Below the pieces are notes generated by a model, which ran no database searches, was not told the DNA's origin, and saw nothing but the letters and a program-made list of their open reading frames with translations. DNA of 32,000 bases from Acaryochloris marina MBIC11017 (GTDB lineage Bacteria; Cyanobacteriota; Cyanobacteriia; Thermosynechococcales; Thermosynechococcaceae). This document shows, piece after piece, positions 1 through 11,079 of the stretch. The stretch spans positions 6,450,001 to 6,482,000 of the forward strand of contig NC_009925.1 of NCBI RefSeq assembly GCF_000018105.1, written 5' to 3'. Made by a program: the position numbers and the translations under genes. Every line of letters starts with the position of its first letter. Within the stretch, counting starts at the first letter, position 1.

Positions 1-1
1 A

Positions 2-3000
2 TCCCCTGATGCCCAAGAGCGGCAAGCCAGTCGCCGCGCCTTTGAACAGGTCGCAACCCAAGAAGGCCACAAGGTTCTGGGTTGGCGAGACGTACCTACC
101 GATAATTCCTCCTTGGGTAACACGGCCAAGGCCAGCGAACCCTTTATGGAGCAGGTCTTTATCCAGTGCAGTCCTGATGTGAAGGATGATATGGCCTTTG
201 AGCGCAAACTATATGTGCTGCGCAAGTTGTCCCACAACGCCATTCGCCCCACAGGTATAGATGGACATTGGTATATCTCCAGTATGTCCTCCCGCACCAT
301 CGTCTATAAGGGCATGTTGATGCCCATCCAGGTGGGCCAATATTACCCCGACCTCCATGATCCTGATATGGAATCAGCTTTGGGATTAGTACACTCACGA
401 TTTAGCACCAATACCTTTCCAAGTTGGGATCGGGCTCACCCCTATCGCTACATTGCCCACAATGGTGAAATCAATACGATGCGGGGCAATATCAACTGGA
501 TGCTGGCTCGCCAGTCCATGTTTGAGTCGGAGCTATTTGGCGAAGATATGGCCAAAGTCCAGCCCGTGATTAACGTGGACGGCAGTGACTCCACCATTTT
601 CGATAACACGTTAGAGATGCTGTTTTTGGCGGGACGCTCCCTTCCCCATGCCGCCATGATGATGATTCCCGAACCTTGGACGGCCCATGAGTCCATGAGT
701 GCGGAGAAAAAAGCTTTTTATAAGTACCATTCCTGCTTGATGGAACCCTGGGATGGTCCAGCATCAATTTCCTTTACGGATGGCACCATGATTGGGGCGG
801 TTCTGGATCGGAATGGCTTGCGGCCCTCCCGCTATTACGTCACCAAAGATAACTTGGTGATTATGGCTTCAGAAGCTGGAGTGCTGCCCATTGAACCAGA
901 GCGAGTGGCGAAGAAAGGTCGTCTCACCCCTGGGCGGATGTTTGTGGTGGATATGAAGGAAGGCCGGATTATTTCTGACCAGGAACTGAAAGACCAGATT
1001 ATTTCTGAACATCCTTATCAGGACTGGCTGGATCAACAGATGGTGAGTGTTGAACAGCTCCCTGCAGCAGACGCTGCTCCCGAATATGATGCCAAGACCG
1101 TGCTGCAGCGGCAGATGGCCTTTGGCTACACCTTTGAAGAACTGCGAATGCTGATTGCCCCGATGGCCAATAACGGGGTAGAGGCGATTGGGGCCATGGG
1201 GACGGATACCCCCCTAGCGGTGCTTTCTAATAAGCCAAAGCTGCTGTACAACTACTTCCAGCAACTGTTTGCTCAGGTGACTAATCCCCCAATTGACTCG
1301 ATTCGGGAAGCGATTATTACCTCACCTGAAACCACGATTGGTTCCGAACGTAATTTACTGAAGCCAGAGCCAGAAAGCTGTCATCTTCTGGAGCTAAAAA
1401 CGCCTCTTCTGACTAATGCGGAGCTGGCCAAAATTAAGGCTCTCAACGGTGATCCGTTTAAGTCAGTAACCTTGCCGATTTTGTTTGATCCCAATGCTGG
1501 GGTGCAGGGCTTAGAAGCAGCCATGATGAGCATTTGTCAGCAGGCGGATGATGAGATCGCATCCGGTGCAAGTCTGATTGTACTTAGCGATCGCAACTTG
1601 GATCATGACCATGCCCCTATCCCTGCCTTATTGGCTGTCTCTGGACTGCATCACCATTTAATTAGGGAAGGAACCCGAACTCGGGTGGGTCTGGTATTGG
1701 AATCCGGTGAACCCCGAGAAGTTCATCATTATGCGGTTCTGATTGGCTATGGCTGCGGTGCCATCAATCCCTATGTCGCCTTTGAAACCATTCACGACAT
1801 GATTCACCAGGGGCTGATGGTGGACATTGATCCAAAAACGGCCTGTAAGAATTACATCAAGGCCGCCACTAAGGGCGTGATTAAAGTAGCCTCCAAGATC
1901 GGAATTTCCACCATTCAGAGCTATCGCGGCGCTCAAATATTTGAAGCCATTGGCCTGAATAAATCAGTAGTGGATAAATACTTTAGCTGGACGGCCTCTC
2001 GGATTGAGGGGGCAGATCTAGAAGTCCTAGCAGAAGAAGCGATTCAGCGCCATCGCCATGCCTTCCCTGAGCGGGATGTGGAAGTCCATACTTTGGATGT
2101 GGGGGGTGAATACCAGTGGCGAAAAGAAGGGGAAGCCCATTTATTTAGCCCTCAGGTGATTCATACCCTGCAGCAAGCTACCCGTGCCGGAGACTTTGAC
2201 CTGTTTAAGAAATACTCAGCCTTGGTAAATGAGCAAAATGAACAGCTGTTTACCCTGCGCGGTCTGCTGGAATTTAAAGATCGACAGCCCATTCCCATTG
2301 AGGAAGTGGAACCCGTCGAAGAAATTACCCGACGGTTTAAGACCGGGGCCATGAGCTATGGCTCCATTTCCAAAGAAGCCCATGAGTCCTTAGCCATTGC
2401 CATGAACCGTGTGGGCGGTAAGTCCAATACTGGAGAAGGCGGTGAAGATCCAGAACGCTTTACCTGGACAAATGACCAGGGCGACTCCAAAAACAGCGCC
2501 ATTAAACAGGTGGCCTCCGGTCGCTTTGGCGTTACCAGCCTCTACCTATCCCAGGCCAAAGAAATTCAAATCAAAATGGCCCAGGGGGCTAAGCCGGGAG
2601 AAGGTGGTCAGCTCCCCGGACGTAAGGTCTATCCTTGGATTGCTAAGGTGCGTCACTCTACTCCGGGCGTGGGCCTCATTTCTCCGCCGCCCCACCACGA
2701 TATCTACTCCATTGAAGACTTGGCAGAGCTGATTCACGATCTTAAAAACGCCAATCGGAGTGCTCGAATTAACGTCAAGCTCGTCTCAGAAGTAGGCGTG
2801 GGTACCATCGCCGCTGGAGTCGCCAAAGCCCATGCGGACGTGGTGCTTGTCTCTGGTTTTGACGGGGGTACGGGAGCCTCCCCTCAAACCTCCATCAAGC
2901 ATGCGGGTTTACCCTGGGAGCTGGGGATTGCCGAGACCCATCAAACTTTAGTGCTCAATAATCTGCGCAGCCGGATCGTCGTGGAAACGGATGGTCAGCT

Positions 3001-4291
3001 AAAGACAGGCCGGGATATTGTGATTGCGGCTCTCTTGGGAGCCGAAGAATTTGGTTTCTCCACTGCGCCCCTGGTCAGCCTAGGCTGCATTATGATGCGC
3101 GTTTGCCACCTCAACACTTGCCCCGTGGGCGTCGCTACCCAAGACCCACAGCTGCGGGAGAAATTCAACGGCGACCCTGCCTACACCGTCAACTTTATGA
3201 AGTTTATTGCCCAGGAAGTCCGGGAGCTAATGGCCCAATTGGGCTTCCGAACCCTGAATGAGATGGTGGGCCGTTCGGATGTCTTAGAACCGCGCCGGGC
3301 CATTAATCACTGGAAAGCCAAGGGGTTGGACTTCTCTAAAATTCTCTATCAGCCAGATGTTCCTGACGATATCGGTCGGTACTGTCAGATTCCCCAAGAT
3401 CATGGCCTAGAAAAGTCCCTGGATATGACCACCTTGCTGGATTTGTGCCAGCCTGCCATTGAGAAAGGTGAGAAAGTCAAAGCTACCTTGCCCATACAAA
3501 ACATTAACCGGGCGGTGGGGACCATTCTCGGCAACGAAATCACCAAGCGCCATTGGGAAGGACTGTCTGAGAACACAGTTCACCTGCATTTTCAGGGCAG
3601 TGCAGGACAAAGCTTTGGCGCCTTTGTACCCCCCGGTGTCACCCTGGAGCTTGAAGGCGACGCCAATGACTACTTTGGCAAAGGCCTTAGTGGTGGCAAG
3701 ATTATGCTTTATCCACCTAAGGAATCAACGTTTGTTGCTGAAGAAAATATTATCGTTGGCAATGTAGCCTTTTATGGGGCCACCAGCGGTGAAGCCTATA
3801 TTCGCGGCATTGCGGGAGAGCGATTCTGTGTCAGGAATTCCGGGGTGCGAGCAGTTGTTGAGGCCGTTGGCGACCATGCCTGTGAATATATGACGGGCGG
3901 CCAAGCCGTGATCCTAGGGCCTACAGGTCGTAACTTTGCTGCTGGTATGAGTGGTGGGGTGGCCTACGTTCTAGATGAGGCTGGAGATTTTGCCACCCGA
4001 TGCAATACGGAAATGGTGGGTCTAGAGTCCCTGGAGGATCCTGAAGATATCAAGGATCTGAAGGAGGTGATTCAGCGCCATGTGGACTATACCCAGAGCG
4101 AAAAGGGAGCTAGAGTTCTCGCAGATTGGGAGGCCATGGTGCCTAAGTTCGTGAAGGTGATGCCCCGAGATTATAAGCGAGTATTGCAGGCGATACAGAA
4201 TGCGATCGAGGATGGCTTGAGCGGAGATGATGCCTTGTCAGCAGCATTTGAGCAAAATGCTAAAGATGTCGCTCGAATTGGAGGAAGTTAG
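2..4291 (+). CDS. gltB: Glutamate synthase large subunit, ferredoxin-dependent type (Fd-GOGAT; GlsF/GltS); 5' end lies outside the window
   Basis: The frame of ORF 113..4291 stays open back to nt 2 ([43 protein letters not shown]...), so the N-terminus is left of the window. Hallmarks present: amidotransferase-domain PWDGPA, FMN-domain [16 protein letters not shown], the 3Fe-4S cysteine motif [21 protein letters not shown], and a C-terminal Gly-rich beta-helix domain. No gltD-like small-subunit gene follows, which fits the ferredoxin type. Confidence 0.95.
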   Translation, partial: SPDAQERQASRRAFEQVATQEGHKVLGWRDVPTDNSSLGNTAKASEPFMEQVFIQCSPDVKDDMAFERKLYVLRKLSHNAIRPTGIDGHWYISSMSSRTIVYKGMLMPIQVGQYYPDLHDPDMESALGLVHSRFSTNTFPSWDRAHPYRYIAHNGEINTMRGNINWMLARQSMFESELFGEDMAKVQPVINVDGSDSTIFDNTLEMLFLAGRSLPHAAMMMIPEPWTAHESMSAEKKAFYKYHSCLMEPWDGPASISFTDGTMIGAVLDRNGLRPSRYYVTKDNLVIMASEAGVLPIEPERVAKKGRLTPGRMFVVDMKEGRIISDQELKDQIISEHPYQDWLDQQMVSVEQLPAADAAPEYDAKTVLQRQMAFGYTFEELRMLIAPMANNGVEAIGAMGTDTPLAVLSNKPKLLYNYFQQLFAQVTNPPIDSIREAIITSPETTIGSERNLLKPEPESCHLLELKTPLLTNAELAKIKALNGDPFKSVTLPILFDPNAGVQGLEAAMMSICQQADDEIASGASLIVLSDRNLDHDHAPIPALLAVSGLHHHLIREGTRTRVGLVLESGEPREVHHYAVLIGYGCGAINPYVAFETIHDMIHQGLMVDIDPKTACKNYIKAATKGVIKVASKIGISTIQSYRGAQIFEAIGLNKSVVDKYFSWTASRIEGADLEVLAEEAIQRHRHAFPERDVEVHTLDVGGEYQWRKEGEAHLFSPQVIHTLQQATRAGDFDLFKKYSALVNEQNEQLFTLRGLLEFKDRQPIPIEEVEPVEEITRRFKTGAMSYGSISKEAHESLAIAMNRVGGKSNTGEGGEDPERFTWTNDQGDSKNSAIKQVASGRFGVTSLYLSQAKEIQIKMAQGAKPGEGGQLPGRKVYPWIAKVRHSTPGVGLISPPPHHDIYSIEDLAELIHDLKNANRSARINVKLVSEVGVGTIAAGVAKAHADVVLVSGFDGGTGASPQTSIKHAGLPWELGIAETHQTLVLNNLRSRIVVETDGQLKTGRDIVIAALLGAEEFGFSTAPLVSLGCIMMRVCHLNTCPVGVATQDPQLREKFNGDPAYTVNFMKFIAQEVRELMAQLGFRTLNEMVGRSDVLEPRRAINHWKAKGLDFSKILYQPDVPDDIGRYCQIPQDHGLEKSLDMTTLLDLCQPAIEKGEKVKATLPIQNINRAVGTILGNEITKRHWEGLSENTVHLHFQGSAGQSFGAFVPPGVTLELEGDANDYFGKGLSGGKIMLYPPKESTFVAEENIIVGNVAFYGATSGEAYIRGIAGERFCVRNSGVRAVVEAVGDHACEYMTGGQAVILGPTGRNFAAGMSGGVAYVLDEAGDFATRCNTEMVGLESLEDPEDIKDLKEVIQRHVDYTQSEKGARVLADWEAMVPKFVKVMPRDYKRVLQAIQNAIEDGLSGDDALSAAFEQNAKDVARIGGS

Positions 4292-4466
4292 CCAGTATTA
4301 AATAGAACCTTCTAGCAATGCTCATTTTAACTCCTGCCGTAAGATTACAGATATTGCTGATATAGATTACGAGAACATGAGTCATGCGTGTTCTCAACTG
4401 GATGTGGGGATGTAGCCCTCACAAAAGAGACTGCAATGCGATAGGCCCATTCAAACCGCTCAAACC

Positions 4467-4787
4467 TCATCTTGATCTTGAGGAGGTTAGAGGTACAAAG
4501 TTAATCGATAGTCGTTGATTGAGCGCTGTCGCAATCCGATTCAGCATTGCCAGGGAATGCCCCTCATAATCTGCATCCTCTAATCGACAAATTACAGATG
4601 CCTGCGTATCCACCAACGTAGCCAACTGTCGCTGCGTAAGATTCGCAGCTTCCCTCAACTCCCGAATCTTACGAGCCACATCATCATTCATCCGTGCGGC
4701 CTCTAGTTCGGCAATCCGCTCTGGCCGACCTTCGTATATGTCTTGATGTAAAATTTCTAACGCATTAGATATTTTCTTTTCAGGCAT
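4467..4787 (-). CDS. XRE-family helix-turn-helix antitoxin (HigA-like)
   Basis: 106 aa with an ATG start. The HTH core is LTQRQLATLVDTQASVICRLE. It starts 5 nt after the stop of the upstream toxin-like gene (4793). This is the toxin-first gene order typical of HigBA-type pairs. Confidence 0.8.
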   Translation of the reverse strand: MPEKKISNALEILHQDIYEGRPERIAELEAARMNDDVARKIRELREAANLTQRQLATLVDTQASVICRLEDADYEGHSLAMLNRIATALNQRLSINFVPLTSSRSR

Positions 4788-4792
4788 AGCGC

Positions 4793-5158
4793 TTACCTCT
4801 GATAGGTGTACTTGTCTGGGTCACTCTCAAAAAGAATTCGACGCTCAATAGCCTTGTCAATCTCTTTTGGTGGTACCCGCTTCTCTTTCACAATGCCGTG
4901 GGACAAAATTGCTGTGCACTCACCGTGAAAAAAATAGAGAATGCGATAGTTTATACCTTGCAATCCAACTCGTAGTTCATAAATCTTGTCTCGCAGATAA
5001 TCTGCCTCTGGTCGGCGCAATTCATGTCCTAGCGCAGCTAACCGTTCTATTTTAACCACGCATTTATCTTGAGCTTTGGGAGATAAACCTTTCAGCCAAT
5101 CTAATGTTGGAATAGAGCCATCTGTGTCCTGGAAGAAAACAACAATTGTTTGTGGCAA
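4793..5158 (-). CDS. RelE/HigB-superfamily toxin, phage Gp49-like (DUF891-type)
   Basis: 121 aa. The only in-frame start is TTG at 5158. The N-terminus (VFFQDTDGSIPTLDWLKGLSPKAQDK...IERLAALGHELRRPEADYLRDKIYELRV...YRILYFF) matches the Gp49-like killer-protein pattern as I recall it. It is tightly coupled to the XRE gene downstream. Confidence 0.75.
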   Translation of the reverse strand: MPQTIVVFFQDTDGSIPTLDWLKGLSPKAQDKCVVKIERLAALGHELRRPEADYLRDKIYELRVGLQGINYRILYFFHGECTAILSHGIVKEKRVPPKEIDKAIERRILFESDPDKYTYQR

Positions 5159-5187
5159 TACTTATCTTCTTCGGTGTGCTTTTCTAT

Positions 5188-5205
5188 GTTCGCAAATATG
5201 TGAAC
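5188..5205. promoter_or_regulatory. Imperfect palindrome GTTCGC-AAATAT-GTGAAC upstream of the toxin-antitoxin pair (candidate operator)
   Basis: It sits 30-47 bp upstream of the toxin start in AT-rich DNA. 5 of 6 arm positions are complementary. TA operons are commonly autoregulated at such palindromes. There is no other support. Confidence 0.25.
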
Positions 5206-5446
5206 AAATATCAAATCCTTTAAAAAATCGGTACAGCTCATAGAGGTTAAATTTAAGTAGCACAACCTTAATGGAAAAGAATTTTAAAAACACTCTTGGT
5301 TGCTTACCGCAGAAACATTTCTATCGATATAGATTGAAATTTTCGAGTCTGAAGAATTCGATGTCAGTAAGAACAACTATTTCATTCTTGAAATATGTAA
5401 TCACTATTCCGTGATTTCTCTGTTCAATTCCTAGAGAAATGATCAG

Positions 5447-5707
5447 ATGATGCTAGTGAACAAATCCTCACAGGCACAGATGATGTTGACAGAAATATTA
5501 GCCGAAGCTTTAGCCGTGACTTCCGATAACTTGCTCTTGGCAAAATTAATGTTTGATTGTGCGAGTGATGCGACAGATGAACTCAGCTTAGAAGCCAGAC
5601 AAAGATTAGGACTCGTTCAAGCTGGGCTTTCGTTGGCATTTGAAGGCTTGGAATGCGATGAGCTGCAGGAATTGATCCAGCAAGCAGATATTTATTGCGA
5701 ACTTTAA
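5447..5707 (+). CDS. Hypothetical small acidic protein (86 aa)
   Basis: This is an open frame only. There is no recognisable domain and only a weak SD. An 8-bp-arm inverted repeat (ATTTCTCT 5414..5421 / AGAGAAAT 5433..5440) lies just upstream of the ATG. It lies in the AT-rich, HIP1-free islet. Confidence 0.3.
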   Translation: MMLVNKSSQAQMMLTEILAEALAVTSDNLLLAKLMFDCASDATDELSLEARQRLGLVQAGLSLAFEGLECDELQELIQQADIYCEL

Positions 5708-5769
5708 GGGTACGCCTTCTTACCAAGACCTGATGAAAAGGAGTTGTGATGCTTAAAAGTGGTCTTCGG

Positions 5770-6171
5770 CTACCCCATCAGTAGAACTCGATCTAATACA
5801 TGGATGATGCCATTATCTGCTTCAATATCAGCGGCAATCACCGTGGCATTTTTCACTTCAAATTTCTCAGAAGCTCGAATCGGAATAGGGGATCCTTCTA
5901 CGGAGACCACCGACTCTAGCGCTTGTAGATCTGCCTGAGTGAGCTTGCCAGGAACGACATGAAACGTCAAAATTCGGCTGAGTTGGGGGATATTCTGTAG
6001 CAAGGTGTGGATAGTACCGTCAGGGAGCTGGGCAAAGGCATCATTCACCGGGGCAAAAACCGTGAAGGGACCCGGACTCTTCAAAGTATCCACTAAATCC
6101 GCTGCCTGTACGGCTGCAACCAACGTCGAGAAATCATTAGACCCAACCGCAATATCAACAATATCCGCCAT
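5770..6171 (-). CDS. cupS: Fasciclin (FAS1) domain protein in the cupS position of the NDH-1MS operon
   Basis: I place the start at ATG 6171 (MADIVDIAV...), which has a strong SD (AAGGAG) 9 nt upstream, rather than at 6195. FAS1 motifs are present: [10 protein letters not shown] and LTFHVVPGK...IHVLDRVL. There is no signal peptide. It is the last gene after ndhF3-ndhD3-cupA. I recall that CupS has a fasciclin-like fold, but this needs checking. Confidence 0.7.
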   Translation of the reverse strand: MADIVDIAVGSNDFSTLVAAVQAADLVDTLKSPGPFTVFAPVNDAFAQLPDGTIHTLLQNIPQLSRILTFHVVPGKLTQADLQALESVVSVEGSPIPIRASEKFEVKNATVIAADIEADNGIIHVLDRVLLMG

Positions 6172-6250
6172 TGTTCGAAACTCCTTTAACCGCAAAATTT
6201 AATAAATTGAGCAGTCATTGACTGCTGAAAGGGGATAAAACGCATCAGAC

Positions 6251-7546
6251 CTAGCGATAGTCCTGGCGTTGAATATCCATTAACCGAGCTTCAGGACGCT
6301 TAAATCGATCCAGTTGGGATTCAAAGAAATCGCGATTGGCTTGTAGATGTTGAGGGTCTTCGTCATCCAGGGGATAGAGTAGTGCCTGGCGGAGGGCCTG
6401 AATCACGGCTGAAGTGACACAATACATGGACCGCTGAAAGGTAATCCCCAGCTGAATTAGTGTATCGTCCTCACCTCGGCAATATTGTTGGTAATAGTCC
6501 ACCAAGTAGGGAGGAAGGAAATGGAGCATATCCTGCATCAGCAGGGTAGGCGGGATGCCAGCCGAGCCAACGGGAAACACATCGGCATAGAGAATACCGT
6601 AGTGGAAGTCTTCTTGGTTTTCTGGCACTTGCTTGGCTTGGGCATTGTAGGATTTCGTTCCTCGGAAAGGAGAGGTGCGATAGAACACCGCTTCTACATA
6701 GGGAAGGGCCGCTTCATAGAGCCACATAAACCCTTTGGATTTGGGGATAATTTCGTAGCATTCACCCCGAATATAGACATGATGATAAATGGGACGACCT
6801 GCGATCGCAAAGATACCATTCACCAAAAAGTTCATCGCTTCCGGCACCGACGTCAACTTGCCTTCATCGTAGAGATCCGACATCTCGAAAAAGACAGGAG
6901 CCATCACTTCCCAAAACAGTCCCAAGTTGGAGTAGTAGGAGAGCTGCCGCACCTGCTCTATAAACATATCGGGGAACAGCTTATACAGCCCCAGCATGAC
7001 TGGGTTGCCTTTGAAGTAAGCCTTAATCGCCCGATCGGCATTGGCGACATACTCATCCGTATCCAAATAGGGGTCAAACTGGCCTCCCATATTGCGATGC
7101 CAGAACATGGCTCGCATACAGGCTTCCGCAAATTCCATATTGATGCGGTCATGCCACAGGTGATGGAGTAGCTTAGGCAGCTTGCGCTTGACCTCACCCT
7201 TCTCCATAAATTCCAGCAATTCTGGATGAGCGGTGGCCTCACCTCGCCAGATCCGCAAATCGGCGTCATCCCCTGCATAGTGATTGTGCAGATCCAGGTA
7301 CTCTTTGGGTAAGAAATACTTGAAAAAAGGCAACGGTTCTAAGAACACCTGCTCAGCAATATAGAGCAAGTTGCGCCAGTAAAAATCCATCGGAACCGCA
7401 TAGGCTTTGTAAATCCCGATAATCTGCTTAAGATTTTCTGGCGTATCCGGTAGCATCGCCCCACCCGCTTCCAGGCGATGAATAATATCAGCAAATTGAT
7501 GCTGGGAAGGAGGGAGTTTGGTTGGTGTCGAAGTCGGGGCACTCAT
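6251..7546 (-). CDS. cupA: CO2 hydration protein CupA/ChpY of the NDH-1MS complex
   Basis: 431 aa with an ATG start. It is a ChpXY-family sequence (YKAYAVPMDFYWRNLLYIAEQVF...HHLWHDRINMEFAEACM...). It follows ndhD and ndhF paralogs. Its length and the cupS-like gene downstream favour CupA over CupB. Confidence 0.88.
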   Translation of the reverse strand: MSAPTSTPTKLPPSQHQFADIIHRLEAGGAMLPDTPENLKQIIGIYKAYAVPMDFYWRNLLYIAEQVFLEPLPFFKYFLPKEYLDLHNHYAGDDADLRIWRGEATAHPELLEFMEKGEVKRKLPKLLHHLWHDRINMEFAEACMRAMFWHRNMGGQFDPYLDTDEYVANADRAIKAYFKGNPVMLGLYKLFPDMFIEQVRQLSYYSNLGLFWEVMAPVFFEMSDLYDEGKLTSVPEAMNFLVNGIFAIAGRPIYHHVYIRGECYEIIPKSKGFMWLYEAALPYVEAVFYRTSPFRGTKSYNAQAKQVPENQEDFHYGILYADVFPVGSAGIPPTLLMQDMLHFLPPYLVDYYQQYCRGEDDTLIQLGITFQRSMYCVTSAVIQALRQALLYPLDDEDPQHLQANRDFFESQLDRFKRPEARLMDIQRQDYR

Positions 7547-7595
7547 AGGAATTGCGGATGACTAACAATAAATTAAGAGGGAAAGAAGGGGTGGA

Positions 7596-9143
7596 CTAAC
7601 TGAGGGAGGAAGAATCCCTAGTACTTAGCAGAGTGGGCGTCGGCTCAACTTCAACCATAAAGGTTTTAGGGGTTGGCGTAGAGAGATGGGCCTCAGCAAG
7701 GAGTGCTGCTGTTGTCGGTTCACTCCACCGCACCAACCAAGACGGTTGTAGTCCCAAAAAGATGATCAGTCCCATCAGCACTAGGGCTGGAATTCGCTCA
7801 TTCCACTGCACCTGTGGGTAATAGGCCGTGCTGCTATCGAGGCGACCAAAGCAAGTCCGGTTCAGCAAAATAACGAAATAGACCGCCGTCAATCCTGTTC
7901 CCACCACGCTCAATAGGGTCTGAATCGGGAAGGCAGTATAGCTGCCTTGGAAGACCAAAAACTCAGCGATAAATCCCACCAGTCCAGGAATTCCGGCACT
8001 GGCCATACCCGCCAGCACCAGGAGGGCGCTGACTAAGGGCAACCCTCGAACCGGGTTCATCAAACCATTGAGCACGTCTAAATCTCGCGTTCCTACCTTG
8101 GTCTCAATCAGTCCGACCAAGTGGAACAGCAATGCCAAGATTAACCCGTGGGCAAACATTTGGGAAATAGCACCCACCACACTCAGTTCGGTATGGGCTG
8201 CCGCAGCCAGAAGAATATAGCCCATATGTCCCACAGAACTGTAGGCCACCATCCGTTTGATGTCTTTTTGGGCGATCGCAGTCAACGAACCATACAGCAC
8301 ACTCACGACCCCCCAAGTCGCTAACACGGGGGATAAGGTTTGCCAAGCATCGGGGAAGAGGGGCATACAGAACCGGAAGATTCCGTAGGTGCCGAGTTTA
8401 GCCAGCACGCCTCCAAGCAGAATAGCCACGGGGGTAGAAGCCGCCACATAAGTATCGGGCAGCCAGGTATGCAAGGGGACTAGGGGAGTTTTAATGCCAA
8501 ATCCCAACAGCAACAGAATCAGGACCCCATACTGGAGATTGATCGGCAAATCCTGACCAAGTAAAACCTCGTAGGAAAAACTGCTGGCCTCACTAAACCA
8601 AATCACCCCTAAGAACCCCGCTAAAATCAGGCCCCCAGAGGTGGCAGTGTAGAGCAAGAACTTAGTGGCTGCACTACCCTGTTGGGCACTGCCCCAAATA
8701 GAAATCAGCAGATAAAACGGAATCAGCTCAATCTCGTAAAAGAGGAAGAACAGCAGCAAATTTTGAGCCAGAAACGCCCCCGCAACCCCGCCGTTGATCA
8801 GCAAAATCAGGGCGTAAAACAAACGAGGTCGTTTGGTTTCAACGCGGCTGCTATAAATCGCAATCCAGCAAAGCAGGCTATTGAGGACGATTAAAGGGAG
8901 TGATAGTCCATCTACCCCCAGTTGGTAGTCCAAACCCAAATCCGTTAGCCAGGATCGAGTCTCTTGAAACTGAAGGGCATTGTTACCCAAATCGAATTGA
9001 AACCCCACAGCTAACGTTAAGACCAGGATTGCCCCCGAGAGAAACAGGGCAGCCAGACGAACCTTACGACCCGTCACTTGCTGGGGTAGCAGGGCAACAA
9101 TGATGGCGGCAATACAGGGAAACCAAATCAGTACGCTGAGCAT
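7596..9143 (-). CDS. ndhD3: NAD(P)H-quinone oxidoreductase subunit D3 (NdhD3; Nqo13/NuoM-like antiporter subunit)
   Basis: A polytopic membrane protein with a typical NdhD N-terminus (MLSVLIWFPCIAAIIV) at ATG 9143. The ORF-track start at 9188 adds 15 atypical residues. It has a Ser/Thr/Pro-rich C-terminal tail. Operon context supports the D3 assignment. Confidence 0.88.
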   Translation of the reverse strand: MLSVLIWFPCIAAIIVALLPQQVTGRKVRLAALFLSGAILVLTLAVGFQFDLGNNALQFQETRSWLTDLGLDYQLGVDGLSLPLIVLNSLLCWIAIYSSRVETKRPRLFYALILLINGGVAGAFLAQNLLLFFLFYEIELIPFYLLISIWGSAQQGSAATKFLLYTATSGGLILAGFLGVIWFSEASSFSYEVLLGQDLPINLQYGVLILLLLGFGIKTPLVPLHTWLPDTYVAASTPVAILLGGVLAKLGTYGIFRFCMPLFPDAWQTLSPVLATWGVVSVLYGSLTAIAQKDIKRMVAYSSVGHMGYILLAAAAHTELSVVGAISQMFAHGLILALLFHLVGLIETKVGTRDLDVLNGLMNPVRGLPLVSALLVLAGMASAGIPGLVGFIAEFLVFQGSYTAFPIQTLLSVVGTGLTAVYFVILLNRTCFGRLDSSTAYYPQVQWNERIPALVLMGLIIFLGLQPSWLVRWSEPTTAALLAEAHLSTPTPKTFMVEVEPTPTLLSTRDSSSLS

Positions 9144-9215
9144 GAAACTTTCAGGTATTAAAAAAGACGGCAGGAGGCGCGAGGGCAAACAGAAGCAGAG
9201 GAATCAGTTGCAGGC

Positions 9216-11051
9216 TTAAAGCAAAGACCGCAGTAACAGCAGTGTAATAACGAACACCCCAGTGATAATGGTCAACAGATAGAACTGGGTTTGTCCGATG
9301 TTTCCATATTTCAGGACTTCACCAGTGGTGACAGAGGTACGGGCAATCCAGTTCACAACCCCATCTACCACTTTGCGATCCAGCCAATCCGTCAGACGAG
9401 AAATTCCATCAACGCCAGAAACAATGCTGGAACGATAGAGGGTCGGGGTATACATATCGAAGGCAAAGAAGTCTTGAACCGAAGTCCAAGGTAGGCGAAC
9501 TGGTTTGGAAAAACGATTCCCTACATAAATCAACGCCCCTAGACCACAACCCACCAAGCTAGACGCAGCCAGCAGAAACCCAGCTTCATGATTCAAAACC
9601 GACCAGTGGGGGAGGAGTTCCAGTTTTTGCAAAATGATCGGCAAATGCAATGTTGCACCCGCGAGGATGGTGGTCGGTAAGGTGATGGACCACAGATTTT
9701 CTGGCGATCGCACCGTCATTTGCTGACGCTCTCCGGCAAAGATCAAACCAAATTCTCGGATAATGCTAAATCCCGTTAAGGCATTGACGAGCAATACGAC
9801 CCCAACGAGGACTGGATGCTGAGTCCATAGCCCATCGATTAACTCTAAAAGCGCCCAAAACGTACCGAAGGGCGGTAACGCTACCAAGCCTACCGTGCCG
9901 ACAAGATAGCTCAGTCCAGAGATGGGACGACGGCTCCATAAGCCCCCCATCTGGGTTAGGTCTTGGGTGATGGTGTTGAGAATAATTGACCCTGTACTCA
10001 TAATCAGCAGGGACATGGATAGGGCATAGGTCAGCATCAACAGCAGTGCTGCATTGAGCTGTTGAGTCCCGACGGCGATAAATATCAGCCCCATATAAAC
10101 ACTGGCAGAGTAGGATAAGGCTCGCTTGATATCAATTTGTGCGATCGCAATCAAGGTACCGCCAATCGCCGTAATCGCCCCCACCGCAATCATGGTGGTT
10201 AAGGCAATGGGTGAAAGGCTAATCACCGGAGATAGCTTCAGAATCACCCAAGCCCCGGTAGATACCACCACGGAATTCCGCAGAATTGTCCCTGGGACGG
10301 GACCTTCCATTGCTTCATCAAGCCAGAGGTGCAGGGGAAATTGAGCACATTTGCCCATCGGACCTGCTACCAAACCCAGGCCCAGCCAAGTCATAACCGT
10401 TGGGTTAACCTGGGCAGTTTGCGCCCAGATCGCCATTTCCCGATAATCCCAAGTTCCCGCCAAAGGGAAGATGGCCAATACCCCCATCAACAGGAATAAA
10501 TCTCCGACCCGCTTGGTGAGAAAGGCATCCCGAGCCCCCGTGACTACCAGGGATTGGTTAAACCAAGTCCCCACAATCAGGTAAGTGGCCAAGGTCAAAA
10601 TTTCTAGAATAATGTAGCTAAAGAATAGGGAGTTGCAGAGGGCCAGGGAACACATCCCCGTTTCGAATAACGCCAGCAGGGCAAAGAAGCGCGCCCACCC
10701 CCAATCCATTTCCAGATAGCCAATGGCATAGAATTGCGTCAGCAAGTTAAGGCTCGTAATAACAATGCCTGCCCCTAGGGTGATAGAGGAAATTTCTAAG
10801 GGAATATCGAGGGTCAGTCCCGACACTTCCAACCAGGTGATATTGATGTACTGAGGGGGTTGGTTCCAAAAACTAGGGAAGGTGATCACGCCATGCAAAA
10901 AGGCACAGAAGGTCGTGACAATATTGACGTAACCGGCGGGGCGAGGTCCCGTCCGACGGATGATCGAGGGCGTCCACAGGAGGGAAATCACCATGCCGAT
11001 CAGAGGATAGCAAGGGATAAACCAAGCTGTTTGGATTAAAAACTGCAGCAC
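9216..11051 (-). CDS. ndhF3: NAD(P)H-quinone oxidoreductase subunit F3 (NdhF3; NuoL-like)
   Basis: 611 aa with a GTG start at 11051. It has an NdhF-type N-terminus (LQFLIQTAWFIPCYPLIG) and many TM helices. It is the first gene of the ndhF3-ndhD3-cupA-cupS arrangement. Confidence 0.88.
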   Translation of the reverse strand: MLQFLIQTAWFIPCYPLIGMVISLLWTPSIIRRTGPRPAGYVNIVTTFCAFLHGVITFPSFWNQPPQYINITWLEVSGLTLDIPLEISSITLGAGIVITSLNLLTQFYAIGYLEMDWGWARFFALLALFETGMCSLALCNSLFFSYIILEILTLATYLIVGTWFNQSLVVTGARDAFLTKRVGDLFLLMGVLAIFPLAGTWDYREMAIWAQTAQVNPTVMTWLGLGLVAGPMGKCAQFPLHLWLDEAMEGPVPGTILRNSVVVSTGAWVILKLSPVISLSPIALTTMIAVGAITAIGGTLIAIAQIDIKRALSYSASVYMGLIFIAVGTQQLNAALLLMLTYALSMSLLIMSTGSIILNTITQDLTQMGGLWSRRPISGLSYLVGTVGLVALPPFGTFWALLELIDGLWTQHPVLVGVVLLVNALTGFSIIREFGLIFAGERQQMTVRSPENLWSITLPTTILAGATLHLPIILQKLELLPHWSVLNHEAGFLLAASSLVGCGLGALIYVGNRFSKPVRLPWTSVQDFFAFDMYTPTLYRSSIVSGVDGISRLTDWLDRKVVDGVVNWIARTSVTTGEVLKYGNIGQTQFYLLTIITGVFVITLLLLRSLL

Positions 11052-11079
11052 AACTGATTCCAGAGCTAAAAGAAAAACT

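Noticed and set aside
4371-4395. Hairpin GAGAACA-N11-TGTTCTC in the convergent gap between gltB and the antitoxin gene, as a bidirectional terminator
   Set aside because: The stem is only 7 bp with an 11-nt loop and no U/A-tract on either side. That is insufficient to call an intrinsic terminator.
4292-5769. Calling the toxin-antitoxin islet a mobile element
   Set aside because: I could find no integrase, transposase, tRNA attachment site or flanking direct or inverted repeats. Only the composition and gene content suggest acquisition, so it is reported as a finding and not as a mobile_element feature.
6485-7171. 228-aa plus-strand ORF inside cupA, and similar antisense ORFs at 20375..20815, 2409..2732, 3459..3767, 13814..14140, 16281..16577 and 31199..31540
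   Set aside because: All lie fully antisense to, or out of frame within, strongly supported genes. They have low-complexity Arg/Ser/Pro-rich translations and no SD or domain signatures. They are typical shadow ORFs.
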